DNA of 64,000 nucleotides. Source: Leeuwenhoekiella sp. (GTDB lineage Bacteria; Bacteroidota; Bacteroidia; Flavobacteriales; Flavobacteriaceae). How positions within the stretch are numbered: position 1 is the stretch's first letter; each line of letters opens with the position of its first letter. Location of the stretch: positions 15,774 to 79,773 of the forward strand of contig JBATUQ010000052.1 of the NCBI GenBank assembly GCA_049671285.1, written 5' to 3'. A program made the translations under genes and the position numbers. This document shows positions 18,945 through 30,781 of the stretch, in pieces. The notes under the pieces are model-generated. The model ran no database searches. It was not told the DNA's origin and was given only the letters and a program-made list of their open reading frames with translations.

Positions 18945-19766
18945 TTATGTGGTCATATTCTCCAAGCGCGATGCGATATCGGCTTTAAGTTCATCTGCCT
19001 GCCCGCGGTATTCCCCTTCCGGGTAGTAACGAATCAGGGTATTGTAATATTCCAATGCTTTTCTCAAGCGTTCTTCGACTAAAAAAGCCAAACTGCCTAC
19101 CGCAAGTTTATACTGTGAATCCAGTTTGTAATACATCGCTCCTTCCCTGTAAGGCGAACCCGGATAATCTGAAATAAAATCATCAAAAGCAGCTATCGCG
19201 CTGGGATAGGTGCTCATCGCGTCCCCTATGGTGTTGTACTGCTTGGCAATATCAAAATCCTTCTTCTGAATTTTTTGGCTCAGTTCTGTGATCATGGTTT
19301 CGGCCTCCTCTTGAAAACCAGATTCCGGGTACTGCCCGATAAAAAGTTGCAACTTATCAAGTGCCTTGTTCGTTTCGGTCTGATCGCGGGAAGAAATGGG
19401 TGAAAGCTCGTAAAAACTGGCAGCACTTTTAAATGCCGCTTCTTCTACTTTTTCAGAATCAGGGTATGCAGAGATAAAGCGGTCAAACTGGTAGCTGGCC
19501 GTATAATAATCCCGCATTTTGTAAATATTGTCAGCGTAAAAGAACATAACCCGCTCCGCTTGCGGCTTGCCGCGGTAGGCCGGAACGACCTGCTCAAACA
19601 ATTGCAGGCTCTTGCTATATTTACCCGCCTGGTACAATGAATCTGCCATTGTATATTTTGCGGCTATGTCCGGTTCCTTCAGCACCTTTTGGTACTCACT
19701 GCAACCGGTGAGCAAAAAGACTGCAAAACAAACTGATAAAAATTTAAAGGCCTGGTTTGAAAACAT
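18945..19766 (-). CDS. bamD: Outer-membrane protein assembly factor BamD (TPR lipoprotein)
   Basis: Lipoprotein signal ...FLLTGCSEYQ, TPR repeats (ADSLYQAGKYSKSLQLFEQV...), 273 aa. Confidence 0.8.
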   Translation of the reverse strand: MFSNQAFKFLSVCFAVFLLTGCSEYQKVLKEPDIAAKYTMADSLYQAGKYSKSLQLFEQVVPAYRGKPQAERVMFFYADNIYKMRDYYTASYQFDRFISAYPDSEKVEEAAFKSAASFYELSPISSRDQTETNKALDKLQLFIGQYPESGFQEEAETMITELSQKIQKKDFDIAKQYNTIGDAMSTYPSAIAAFDDFISDYPGSPYREGAMYYKLDSQYKLAVGSLAFLVEERLRKALEYYNTLIRYYPEGEYRGQADELKADIASRLENMTT

Positions 19767-19802
19767 CGTGCAAAAATAACTATTTAAAACGGATTACAAA
19801 AC

Positions 19803-20684
19803 CTAAAGACGCAGTCCCTCAAAATATGTTGCAAGTGTTTGTGATAAGCCTACAGTGGCGGGCAGCAAAGGCAGTCGCACGATGGGATGGCAAAGACCTT
19901 GCGCTGCCAGCAAGGCTTTAATCCCTGCCGGATTGCCTTCGGCAAAGATATGGTTGACGCCGTCCATAAGCTGATAATGATTGGCATAGGCCGCTTTTAC
20001 ATCACCTTTCAGCCCAGAATTTATCATAGGTACAAAAAGCTGCGGTATCCCTTGACCAAGTACCGAAATCACACCATCACCACCGGCCAGCACCGTCGGC
20101 AGGGCAAGCATATCGTCCCCCGAAACGACCAAGAAACCTTCAGGCCTGTCTTTAATGAGCTTCATTACCTGTGCAATATCTCCCTTGGCTTCTTTGATCC
20201 CAATGATATTCTTGAAACCCCGGGCGAGCGAAAGGGTCGTAGCAGGTGCAATGTCGCTTCCCGTACGGCCAGGTACATTGTACAACATAATGGGCTTATC
20301 TGTCGCTTCTGCAATTGCGGAATAATGCGCGTATATCCCAGCTTGGGTGGGCCTGTTATAATATGGACTCACTGAAAGTATTCCAGCAAAGGCGCTAAGG
20401 TCGCGGGTCTGCAACTCTTCAACAACCTGAACCGTATTGTTTCCGCCCACGCCGAGCATTAACGGAAGTTTACCCGCATTAGCATCGATAACAGTTGCAA
20501 TGACCAGGTCTTTTTCGGCAGGTGTAAGCGTAGCGCTTTCACCGGTGGTACCCAGCACGACGAGGTAATCCACCTGATGAAAAATACAATGCTGCACGAT
20601 AGCCGTCAGGGCTTCGGTGTCAACACTTAAATCTTTTTTAAATGGAGTGACCAATGCTACTCCAGTTCCTCTAAATTCCTGCAT
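19803..20684 (-). CDS. dapA: 4-hydroxy-tetrahydrodipicolinate synthase
   Basis: GVALVTPFKKDLSVDTEAL...VVLGTTGESATLT...YNVPGRTG are DapA motifs. Confidence 0.9.
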   Translation of the reverse strand: MQEFRGTGVALVTPFKKDLSVDTEALTAIVQHCIFHQVDYLVVLGTTGESATLTPAEKDLVIATVIDANAGKLPLMLGVGGNNTVQVVEELQTRDLSAFAGILSVSPYYNRPTQAGIYAHYSAIAEATDKPIMLYNVPGRTGSDIAPATTLSLARGFKNIIGIKEAKGDIAQVMKLIKDRPEGFLVVSGDDMLALPTVLAGGDGVISVLGQGIPQLFVPMINSGLKGDVKAAYANHYQLMDGVNHIFAEGNPAGIKALLAAQGLCHPIVRLPLLPATVGLSQTLATYFEGLRL

Positions 20685-20685
20685 A

Positions 20686-21204
20686 TTAATCGAGACGCTT
20701 CAGTATTTTTAAATATTTGTGCAATTCAATGATAAATTGATCCCGGTCCCCTTCTTCGCTGTTGATCATCAAATCGTACAACTTTGGTTCTTCAGAACGC
20801 AGCCCGGCCTTAAATTGCGCCTGGGACTGAGCAACTAAAAGGTTTAAAAAAAGGTTTTCGGTATCAAAATAGCCCACGAGTAAATCAAATGGAGTTTTGG
20901 TGAACTCAGCAATCGCTGGATTTTTTATCTTGCCCAAACCCCCAATATCCTTCTCATTGAAAAACAAGACATTATCAGGCGTTTCCGAAGGTTTTTCGTC
21001 CATAAAACAAACCGCTTTCACTGTAGTGTTTTTAGGAAGAAACCCAACCAGCGAACTCCAATCGGGCTTTTCTACAAAATGCTTGGCATTATAAATAAGC
21101 CCAACTGATTCTATGGTGCCAAAGGGTCTGTTTCCTGTAGTGCGAGCCAGCAGTTTGATGTATTTTCTTTTGACGAAATACTCTTTGGTTGCGTTTAAAA
21201 TCAT
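20686..21204 (-). CDS. Conserved hypothetical protein
   Basis: 172 aa, 2-bp gap after dapA (operonic). No recognisable motif. Confidence 0.45.
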   Translation of the reverse strand: MILNATKEYFVKRKYIKLLARTTGNRPFGTIESVGLIYNAKHFVEKPDWSSLVGFLPKNTTVKAVCFMDEKPSETPDNVLFFNEKDIGGLGKIKNPAIAEFTKTPFDLLVGYFDTENLFLNLLVAQSQAQFKAGLRSEEPKLYDLMINSEEGDRDQFIIELHKYLKILKRLD

Positions 21205-21268
21205 TTAATTTTACCGTGGTGGGCAAAAGTAAGTAAATCGCCCAAGTGTCAATAAAATTATACCATTT

Positions 21269-22018
21269 GTGATCAGATTTTTCATTTTTGTTAGTTTTCT
21301 AAGCTTGATTGCCTGCGGCGAAAACAAATCAGTCACCCAGAAAATCACAGCTTCCCAGACAACAGTTTCAGATTCCATCCCTGCTGATGCTGAGATTGAA
21401 GCGTTCATAGCTCCGTATAAAAACCGCATTGATCAGGAGATGGACAGCGTGCTGGCCTATGCTCCCGCGACCTATACTAAAAGCAACGGCGAGTACAATA
21501 CCGCCATTGGCAATATGATGGCCGATGCCGTGCTAGAACTTGCCGATACCATTTTTGCTGCCCGTACCGGGAAACACATTGATGCGGTCTTGCTGAACAG
21601 CGGTGGGATTCGCGCCCCAATCAATAAAGGAAACATTACCACCCGAAGCGCTTACCAGTTAATGCCTTTCGAAAACAGTTTGGTCGTCGTTGAACTAGAC
21701 GCCCAAATGATTCAAGCGATGTTTGAATACTTGAGCTGTGGAAAAGCGCATCCAATCTCAGGTATGGAAATCGAACTTGACGACAACGGAAAACTCGCCA
21801 ACAACACCATACACGGTGAACCGCTGGATGATTCCAAAACCTATTTCATAGCCACCAGTGATTATTTACAAAATGGCGGCGACGGTATGGAATTCTTAAC
21901 CGATCCCGTTTCAAAAACTGATCTGGACTATAAAATCAGGAATATCCTGATCGATTATTTCAGCAAATACGACACCATCGCCCCGGTTAGGGATAGTCGG
22001 TTTATAAAACGGGACTAG
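21269..22018 (+). CDS. 5'-nucleotidase C-terminal-domain lipoprotein
   Basis: Lipoprotein signal FLSLIACGENKS. The 5'-nucleotidase C-domain is recognisable from NTAIGNMMADAVLE...LLNSGGIRAPINKGNITTRSAYQLMPFENSLVVVELDAQMI. Confidence 0.75.
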   Translation: MIRFFIFVSFLSLIACGENKSVTQKITASQTTVSDSIPADAEIEAFIAPYKNRIDQEMDSVLAYAPATYTKSNGEYNTAIGNMMADAVLELADTIFAARTGKHIDAVLLNSGGIRAPINKGNITTRSAYQLMPFENSLVVVELDAQMIQAMFEYLSCGKAHPISGMEIELDDNGKLANNTIHGEPLDDSKTYFIATSDYLQNGGDGMEFLTDPVSKTDLDYKIRNILIDYFSKYDTIAPVRDSRFIKRD

Positions 22019-22083
22019 GGCGGTTCTCTTGGTACGCTTCCTCACCTTGTTCGGACGCTACTCGAGAACCTTATCAAAAGGAA

Positions 22084-22203
22084 AACAAAAGGTGTCCGAG
22101 TAGGGTTATTAAAGCAGAGCGAGACCACCCGTACCGAGGAAACCGGAACAAAAAAAGGTGTCCGAGTAGGGTGGTCAAAGCGGAGCGAGACTACCCGTAC
22201 CGA
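22084..22203. repeat. Two tandem ~62-bp direct repeats (~85% identical), intergenic
   Basis: AAAAGGTGTCCGAGTAGGGT(T/G)(A/G)T(T/C)AAAGC(A/G)GAGCGAGAC(C/T)ACCCGTACCGAGGA occurs twice in tandem. A GGTTCTC...GAGAACC inverted repeat (22023-22071) lies just upstream. They sit between the two 5'-nucleotidase-domain genes. Confidence 0.6.
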
Positions 22204-22228
22204 GGACCCGGGAACTAAAACTTACATT

Positions 22229-23137
22229 ATGCATCGCAGAACCTTCGTTAAAAATTCAGTGGCTGCATCCCTGCTAACGGGAATGACAACAAACAGCTAT
22301 GGCGCACTACTTCCCAAAGCAGATAAGCACATCACGATTTTACATACCAATGATGTGCATAGCCACATTGAGCCTTTTGGTCCCGATGAAGGCCGAAATG
22401 CCAACAAAGGTGGAGTTGCCCGCCGGTTGACGCTTATTCAAAAAGTACGTGCCGAAAATCCCAATACGCTCCTGCTCGATGCCGGGGATATTTTTCAGGG
22501 GACGCCCTATTTTAACTTCTATGGTGGCGAACTCGAATTTAAACTGATGTCCAAATTGGGTTATGACGCGGCGACCATTGGCAATCACGATTTTGATAAT
22601 GGCGTGGGCGGTCTTGCCGCTCAGATGCCGCACGCCGGGTTCAAAATGCTTTCGGCCAACTATGACTTTACAAATACCGCGATGGAAGGCCTGACCAAAC
22701 CGTATCAGGTTTTTGTAAAAGATGATGTGAAAATCGGTGTTTTCGGGATTGGGATCGCGCTCGACGGACTGGTCAACAAAACGCAATATCGGGAAACAAA
22801 ATATATGGATCCTATCGAGCGAACTCAAGATATGACCCGTATTTTACGCGAGGAAGAAAATTGCGATCTGGTCATCTGCCTTTCACATTTGGGTTATAAA
22901 TACGACAGTGATAAAATCTCTGATGTTGCCTTAGCGGCGAAAACAAGCGGGATTGACCTCATCATAGGCGGTCATACACATACTTTTTTGTCCCAACCCA
23001 CTGTCACCGATAATAAGCGGGGAAAAAAAGTCTTGATTAACCAAGTAGGCTGGGCCGGAATCAATCTGGGCCGGATTGATTTTTATTTGGATGCAAGCGG
23101 TAAAGTGAGTTCAGAAGAACTGATAATTGAGGTTTAG
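22229..23137 (+). CDS. Metallophosphoesterase (5'-nucleotidase N-terminal/calcineurin-like domain), Tat-like signal
   Basis: MHRRTFVKNSVAASLLTG is a twin-arginine-type signal. ILHTNDVHSHIEPFG, DAGDIFQGT and GNHDFD are the dimetal-phosphoesterase motifs. Confidence 0.8.
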   Translation: MHRRTFVKNSVAASLLTGMTTNSYGALLPKADKHITILHTNDVHSHIEPFGPDEGRNANKGGVARRLTLIQKVRAENPNTLLLDAGDIFQGTPYFNFYGGELEFKLMSKLGYDAATIGNHDFDNGVGGLAAQMPHAGFKMLSANYDFTNTAMEGLTKPYQVFVKDDVKIGVFGIGIALDGLVNKTQYRETKYMDPIERTQDMTRILREEENCDLVICLSHLGYKYDSDKISDVALAAKTSGIDLIIGGHTHTFLSQPTVTDNKRGKKVLINQVGWAGINLGRIDFYLDASGKVSSEELIIEV

Positions 23138-23634
23138 CTCTTCAATTTTTTTTGCCTCCAACCCAATCTTTTTTGAATGCTACTAGGTGAGTTGGTAATT
23201 CTTAATTACATTATTAAAATCTGCATCACCCTAGTATTTGCCTTACAACAAATACTGTAAAATTGACCCTACTTAAATTTCAATTTCCTGCTTTGTATTA
23301 TTTTCTTGGAACGACAATTATCGTAATAATAATGCTCATATAAAGGAATTACCCCAAAACTATTGCGCCCTTACATCGATTTCTATTCAATTTTCACCGA
23401 CTTTTACGCTATTAAACACTGTTATTACTTTGTATTTCGTCGTTATAATTTATCTTTTAATGTATCATTATTGAATTTAATTTTATAATTGTAGGTATTT
23501 ACTTAAAATATTATTTACTTTTACATTTAATACTGAGAATATATTATACAAAGTCAACCTTTTTAGCTCCGCTTGAAGGTGGTGATTGTATTTAACAGTA
23601 AAGTAGTTATGTGATTAATTTCAATATCAGACCT

Positions 23635-25647
23635 ATGAAAAATATATTATTCCTGACTCTTTGTCTATCCTTCTGCGTGATGCAAGCCCAGCTTTATGTG
23701 TCAGCAGATACAGAAATCTATATTTCTTCGGACGATAATCTGTACTCCAACGAAAATATTATCAATGAAGGAAAAATTCAATTAAACGATGCTTCCAGAC
23801 TTATTTTTGACGGAAATTTGACCAATAACAACCTGATCGCCTATACCAACGGAACCGACAAAGGTATACTCCAAATAGGATCTGGCGAGGTATCCAGTGT
23901 CAGTGCTCAAAATATAAAGTTCCACCCTACAGTCACGGAAGAGGCTCCGTTTATCATTCTAAATAAGAATTCTCAAGAGGCAAGCGTTACACGGGGTCAC
24001 TTGCGATTAACGGAACAATTAAAATCAATAAGTGGTACATTAAATGCCCAAAGTTCTATTAGCGAAACCGGAGAATCTTCGGGATTGACATTTGCCAGCC
24101 CCGATATCACCACCACGTCAATAGTTGAAGAATCTGATGGCGGAAATGTAGTTAATGTAATTGTAGAGCGTTTTATACCCAATTCCAGTAGGGCGTGGAG
24201 ATATCTTTCATCTCCAGTAAGTACCAACGAGTCCATCAAGGAAAACTTACAAGAAGGTGCCAACATCACTTCACCAGGCCAAGTAGCAAATCCATTTCCG
24301 GGGTATGGCACCCATATCACAGGGTCTAAAACGGGAACTCTTGGTTTTGATGCAACATTAACCGGCAACTCTTCCATGTACTTTTGGGATGGAGGCGCTC
24401 AACAATGGAACAGTACTCCCAATACAGATACCAGACAACTCGCGGCAGGAGAAGCCTACGCCATACTTGTGCGGGGTGGCCGGGAGCTTGATTTGACTGC
24501 TGGAAACGATCAATTGGGTTCATCTACCATTTTAAGAACTCTGGGAAATCTTCACATTGGTGCCTACAACACCCCCAATTTGGCACCCACGACAGGTGAT
24601 TTTTCCCTTGTAGGCAACCCGTATCAGGCACAGGTTGACCTGGAAGCATTACTTAATAGTGGCAATAACGGCGGAGTAAGTAACAATTTTGTCTATTATT
24701 ATGATCCCAATTTAGGAGTACAGGGCGCGTATGCCACTATGGATTTTGGCAATGGGATTACCCCAAGTGTGTCTGAAGCCAGCAAATACCTACAACCCAA
24801 CCAAGCCTTTGTTGTACAAACTACCACGTCCAATCCCACTTTACTTTTTGACGAGAATTTTAAAAGGCCAACTGATCAAACAAAGATCAACGGCGTTTTC
24901 AGTCCCGCTCAAAAAGGCAAATCGGACCTGGATAACGATAAGTTGGATACAGATTTTAAAATAGACGTAAATTTATTTGATACAGATGCCAACGTGACCA
25001 AGGATGGGGTCACGTTAAGATTTAATGCTGCTTATAACGACGAGATACTTCCAGAGGAAGACGCTCCAAAATTTTGGAATCGGGATGAATCGCTAGCTGT
25101 CCTCAACCAAGGTCAGTATTTATCCATTGATAAGCGCCATATCGTCAAGGAAATGGCGAATGCGCAATTGTATATTTCAAATTACAGGAATTCAAATTAT
25201 TCCCTGCAAATTTCCATAAAAAATGCTCCTGCCGGAAGTAAGGTCGTTCTGATCGATAATTACCTAAATACACAAACACTATTGGAAGAAAACGCCAATC
25301 GCCACGATTTTAGCATTGACAAAAATGTAGCTCAGTCCATTGATCAAAGTCGATTTAAATTGGGGCTTTATAGTAATTCGCTTAGTGTTCCATCCACTGC
25401 CGAGCTATCGTCTATAGGTTTCTATCCCAATCCCGCTGTTGATAAGCTGAATATCGATTTGAATACTACGGATGACGTTTTAAAGGAACTACAAATTTTT
25501 AGCTCAGACGGTAAATTGGTCAAACAAATTGCTGTTGATAACCTTACCGAAAAGCAGATAGAAGTAGGCGATTTACCACGCGGTATCTATCTTGTAGAAA
25601 TGCAAACGGTCAAAGGAAAGGCTGTAAAGAAATTAATTCTTCATTAA
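23635..25647 (+). CDS. Secreted surface protein with a T9SS (Por) C-terminal sorting domain; function unknown
   Basis: Signal peptide MKNILFLTLCLSFCVMQAQ. The C-terminal ~80 aa, IGFYPNPAVDKLNIDLNTTDDVLKELQIFSSDGKLVKQ...GIYLVEMQTVKGKAVKKLILH, is a type-A T9SS CTD. It is preceded by a 470-bp very AT-rich non-coding region. Confidence 0.75.
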   Translation: MKNILFLTLCLSFCVMQAQLYVSADTEIYISSDDNLYSNENIINEGKIQLNDASRLIFDGNLTNNNLIAYTNGTDKGILQIGSGEVSSVSAQNIKFHPTVTEEAPFIILNKNSQEASVTRGHLRLTEQLKSISGTLNAQSSISETGESSGLTFASPDITTTSIVEESDGGNVVNVIVERFIPNSSRAWRYLSSPVSTNESIKENLQEGANITSPGQVANPFPGYGTHITGSKTGTLGFDATLTGNSSMYFWDGGAQQWNSTPNTDTRQLAAGEAYAILVRGGRELDLTAGNDQLGSSTILRTLGNLHIGAYNTPNLAPTTGDFSLVGNPYQAQVDLEALLNSGNNGGVSNNFVYYYDPNLGVQGAYATMDFGNGITPSVSEASKYLQPNQAFVVQTTTSNPTLLFDENFKRPTDQTKINGVFSPAQKGKSDLDNDKLDTDFKIDVNLFDTDANVTKDGVTLRFNAAYNDEILPEEDAPKFWNRDESLAVLNQGQYLSIDKRHIVKEMANAQLYISNYRNSNYSLQISIKNAPAGSKVVLIDNYLNTQTLLEENANRHDFSIDKNVAQSIDQSRFKLGLYSNSLSVPSTAELSSIGFYPNPAVDKLNIDLNTTDDVLKELQIFSSDGKLVKQIAVDNLTEKQIEVGDLPRGIYLVEMQTVKGKAVKKLILH

Positions 25648-25734
25648 TTTACTTGTTGTTTTTTAAATGAAACGGGCAGTATTTGATCTATATATAAACA
25701 CATCCTGCTCGATCAGTGAGAATATCTCAAATGT

Positions 25735-25938
25735 TGCCTAGCGGCGAAAACAAAGGCAATTTTCCTCATCACTGTTGGTCATAGAAAACCTTACCATTAC
25801 GACGCTAAGCGATAATCAGGACGAAATAAAGCCCCAATTAACCAAGTAGGCTGAGCCGGAATTAATCTGGGCAGTATTGATTATTATCTGGATGCAGGCG
25901 GAGTAGTAAGTTCGGAAGAACTCATAATTGAGGTGTAA
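25735..25938 (+). pseudogene. Decayed duplicate of the last ~210 bp of the metallophosphoesterase gene (22928-23137)
   Basis: About 80-85% nt identity to 22928-23137, including ...ACCAAGTAGGCTG(A/G)GCCGGAAT(T/C)AATCTGGGC...GAAGAACT(C/G)ATAATTGAGGT. The reading frame is broken by stops and indels. Confidence 0.6.
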
Positions 25939-25980
25939 GATTTCTTGTGGAATATGAATTGATCATGCCATCACCAAAAG

Positions 25981-26361
25981 TCAAAATGGATTTAAAAGCT
26001 GTAAATCCGTAATACTTTGGAAATCCTTAATGTTTCGAGTCATCAAAGGAATGTCAAAACTCAATGCAGTAGCAGCAATAATCGCGTCAGGCAGTTTGGT
26101 TGAATATAATTTACGAATGTCTGCAGTTTGCAATTTAATTGCTTTGTTGAATTCAATTACTTCACATTTTTCAAGAAATTCGTTCAGCATTCTGATATCC
26201 TCTTCTTCATCAGATTTCCAAGAAAGAAGCTCTATTTCTGAAATTACAGAGATGCAGGGCTGCCACTTGTCGTCGGTTAAAGTTAACTTGGGAATGTCAT
26301 TGAGGATAATATTCCTTGAAGGAAGTAAATGACAATATTTGTGTCCCAAAGATACTTCACT
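25981..26361 (-). pseudogene. vapC: PIN-domain (VapC-like) toxin gene disrupted by a single-base frameshift
   Basis: The canonical PIN N-terminus VKYLWDTNIVIYFLQG starts at a GTG overlapping the antitoxin stop (GTGA). It runs only 25 codons before a stop. The rest of the PIN domain (NIILNDIPKLT...WQPCISVISEIELL...LPDAIIAATALSFDIPLMTRNIKDF) continues in another frame. The join implies one missing A in GGAAATATT, now GGAATATT, at about 26310-26316. The listed ORF 25981-26394 has an artificial N-terminal extension. Confidence 0.65.
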
Positions 26362-26563
26362 CCCAACCCGCTCGAAGTTCATCCAATTGCGCATCTACTT
26401 GATCCATAGATTGTTTCTTCATAGAACCGGCGTAATCTTGCCAATTGCTCTTTTGATTTTGGCTTTCTGTGGTTCTTTTCAGACGGATCAAGTTTAATGA
26501 TTCCAAATTCTCTAGAATTTTCAGAACTCCGTTATTCAGTATTTCTATCGTAATGCTGTTCAT
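26357..26563 (-). CDS. Putative type II antitoxin partner of the PIN toxin
   Basis: 68-aa ORF (MNSITIEILNNGVLKILENLESLNL...) immediately upstream of the PIN toxin, with a 4-bp stop/start overlap. Probable start at the internal ATG. Family not recognisable. Confidence 0.45.
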   Translation of the reverse strand: MNSITIEILNNGVLKILENLESLNLIRLKRTTESQNQKSNWQDYAGSMKKQSMDQVDAQLDELRAGWE

Positions 26564-26646
26564 TATGAAAGCTTTAAGATTACATTCAAAAATAGACACA
26601 TTTCAGTTGAATCTAAAATTTAACAAAATATGCTCCTATAATTAAA

Positions 26647-28650
<2,004 letters not shown>

Positions 28651-28943
28651 TTATTTGTTATTCTTTCAGTGTTCTATATTATTAATTCACTATGCTTGCT
28701 GTGGTTAACTCATTAGTGCAACTGTCCTTTTTATTGTGGTCTTAACTGAGTTGTTAATAATGAACGGTCTTACAGGTCTGTAATTTATTAATCTTTCCCC
28801 TTCTTTAATGCGTTTGTGCGGTACTTTTCTAAGTTCCGTTTTCTTTGTGTAGAATTTCCTCATCACCCCAATCCTAAACTTCACTTTACCCTTGTCCCGA
28901 GAGGTGTAGGGTCTTGTGAAATAGGTTTTTATCTTGAGGTAAA

Positions 28944-29147
28944 TTACTGGTTTGTGATACCGGGCCAACTCCCTTCCGTTGTTGGAATTATTGGTCTTAA
29001 TTTAAAAGCGATTAAAAGAAGCGTGGTGGCCGTGTCATATAGAAATAAGTTCCCCGCGGAAATCACACCAACCAGATAGTTCCCAAAGACATACATCCAG
29101 AATCTGGGTCTGGACAAATAGAAAACTTCTTTAAACGTCAGCTTCAT
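28944..29147 (-). pseudogene. Possible N-terminal fragment of a UbiA-family prenyltransferase
   Basis: 67 codons, MKLTFKEVFYLSRPRFWMYVFGNYLVGVISAG..., resemble the first TM segment of UbiA-type prenyltransferases, then stop. No downstream continuation in any frame. Confidence 0.3.
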
Positions 29148-29377
29148 ATTGTCCCAAAAATACCATGATAAAACTTGAAATCATCGTGTTTACGGAATCT
29201 TTGTTCAATTTTTTCAGGAAAAGTGTAAACGGAAAGTTGTAGCCCTGAAACTTGAACTTGTAGCTTTAAAATTTTGAGCAAGAGAGTCCTCGACCATGCT
29301 CAGACTGCTCTTATAAATTGAACAAAGCTTGAGAAGGCAGAATCGAAAACTGTAAGTGTAATCAGTCACGTAGATAT

Positions 29378-29885
29378 CTAATAAAAAAGCAAACCCCAAC
29401 CCCAATAATTACTGTGGAATTGCGAGGGCTCTAACAATTTGGTTGAGTCACCGTTATGGTTCAAAAATTCCTGCTCTGAAAGTTGGCTGTGAAGATCGCC
29501 TGATTTTAAATTGAGGATAGCAAAGCCGTTAGTCGTCTTCGTGTACAGAATATCACGCTCTTCGTAAAGTGTCTCAATCAAACTCGTCAACCCAAAGCCG
29601 TCATCGTTTTCGTTTCTTTTTTCAACATTTGCATAGTGAAAATCAATCATAGTAATATAGTACTGCGAGTTCAATGGCACCCTGCCATAATCCCCCAATC
29701 CGTTATTTCCAGTACGAAAAGCGCCAAATGAACAATGCCACAAACAACACAGGAAAAAGGATTCTTTTCTTTACCGAAGTACCTCTCCTAGCTTTAGCTA
29801 TTAAAAACCTGAGCAGAAAACCGTAAACAATGGCTAAAATTGAAATACGGATGATTTCAAAGATGAGATGTAATAAAACAAACAT
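29378..29885 (-). other. Two overlapping minus-strand ORFs (60 aa membrane-like + 121 aa) that could be one frameshifted gene; unknown function
   Basis: ORFs 29703-29885 and 29378-29743 overlap by 41 nt in different frames. The first is a hydrophobic helix. No recognisable motifs. Lies in a gene-poor, decayed region. Confidence 0.2.
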
Positions 29886-30781
29886 TATGGCTCTAATTTA
29901 AAGTTTACGGTATCTGTCTATTCTTTGCCATAGGTACACACGGGCTAAAAATCAAATTTATTTAATCAATCTCAACGGGAATAGGTCCTCCTAGCGATAC
30001 AAAACCACCACCAATTTCTTCTATATTCACATCCAATTCATCACTGGTTTTAACGCCAACAATATTGACATCGATCTCATCAGAACCATTTAGTTTAACG
30101 CTGATGGTTCCATCTTCGTTTATAGGTATTAAACCATAGTTTACATCGGAGGCTAACTTGGGATAATATCAAAATTTTTAATCGTTGAGAAAGTTAGGTT
30201 AACCGCTATTACGGTCAATATAATTTTCGTGAATTTATCTGTTTTCATTTTCGCTTTTTTTAGTGATATTATTGAACTCCAATTTCTATACCCTTTTGAT
30301 ATCTGCTCGGGCAATTCTCTATTGAGCTTTTTAGCTCATAATATTTACACGGCATCCTCAAAATGGTTAAGTACATTGGTTCTCGAGACCAACAAATATG
30401 GTTGGCTCCAACTAATATAACCAGCAACAACTATTCTTTTTACTAGTCTGTATTTGTCTGTTTCGTCTTTATTCCTTTTTCGGTTGTACTTATTTAAAAA
30501 ACTTCGTTTAATTGATTACAAAGAGCCTAGCAGTAGGTATTATGATTACCTCTTTGCTGACGATTTCTAATCATATTAGTTGATTCTAACTATATGGAAT
30601 TGAGCTTTGTTTTTTTTGAACTTTTGGCATAAATTTAATGATACGAGAATTGATTAAAAGAAAATTTCTATTCAATTGGACTGTATTACAATAGTTTATA
30701 CTCAATCAGAGTAATCTACAATTTATTACTTCGAATTAGTCAGTATAATTAATTTACTCGCTTATTAAGGTGTGAAATTCC

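Noticed and set aside
25981-26394. Listed 137-aa ORF as an intact PIN toxin starting at ATG 26394
   Set aside because: Its first ~30 residues (MRNWMNFERVGSEV...) are out-of-frame read-through of the antitoxin's 3' end. The real PIN N-terminus (VKYLWDTNIVIYFLQG) is in another frame, so this gene was reported as a frameshifted pseudogene instead.
28705-29079. ORFs 28705-28968(-) and 28816-29079(+) upstream of ligA
   Set aside because: They overlap each other on opposite strands in the ligA promoter region. They are Lys/Arg-rich and low complexity, with no motifs. The only recognisable coding remnant here is the UbiA-like stub at 28944-29147.
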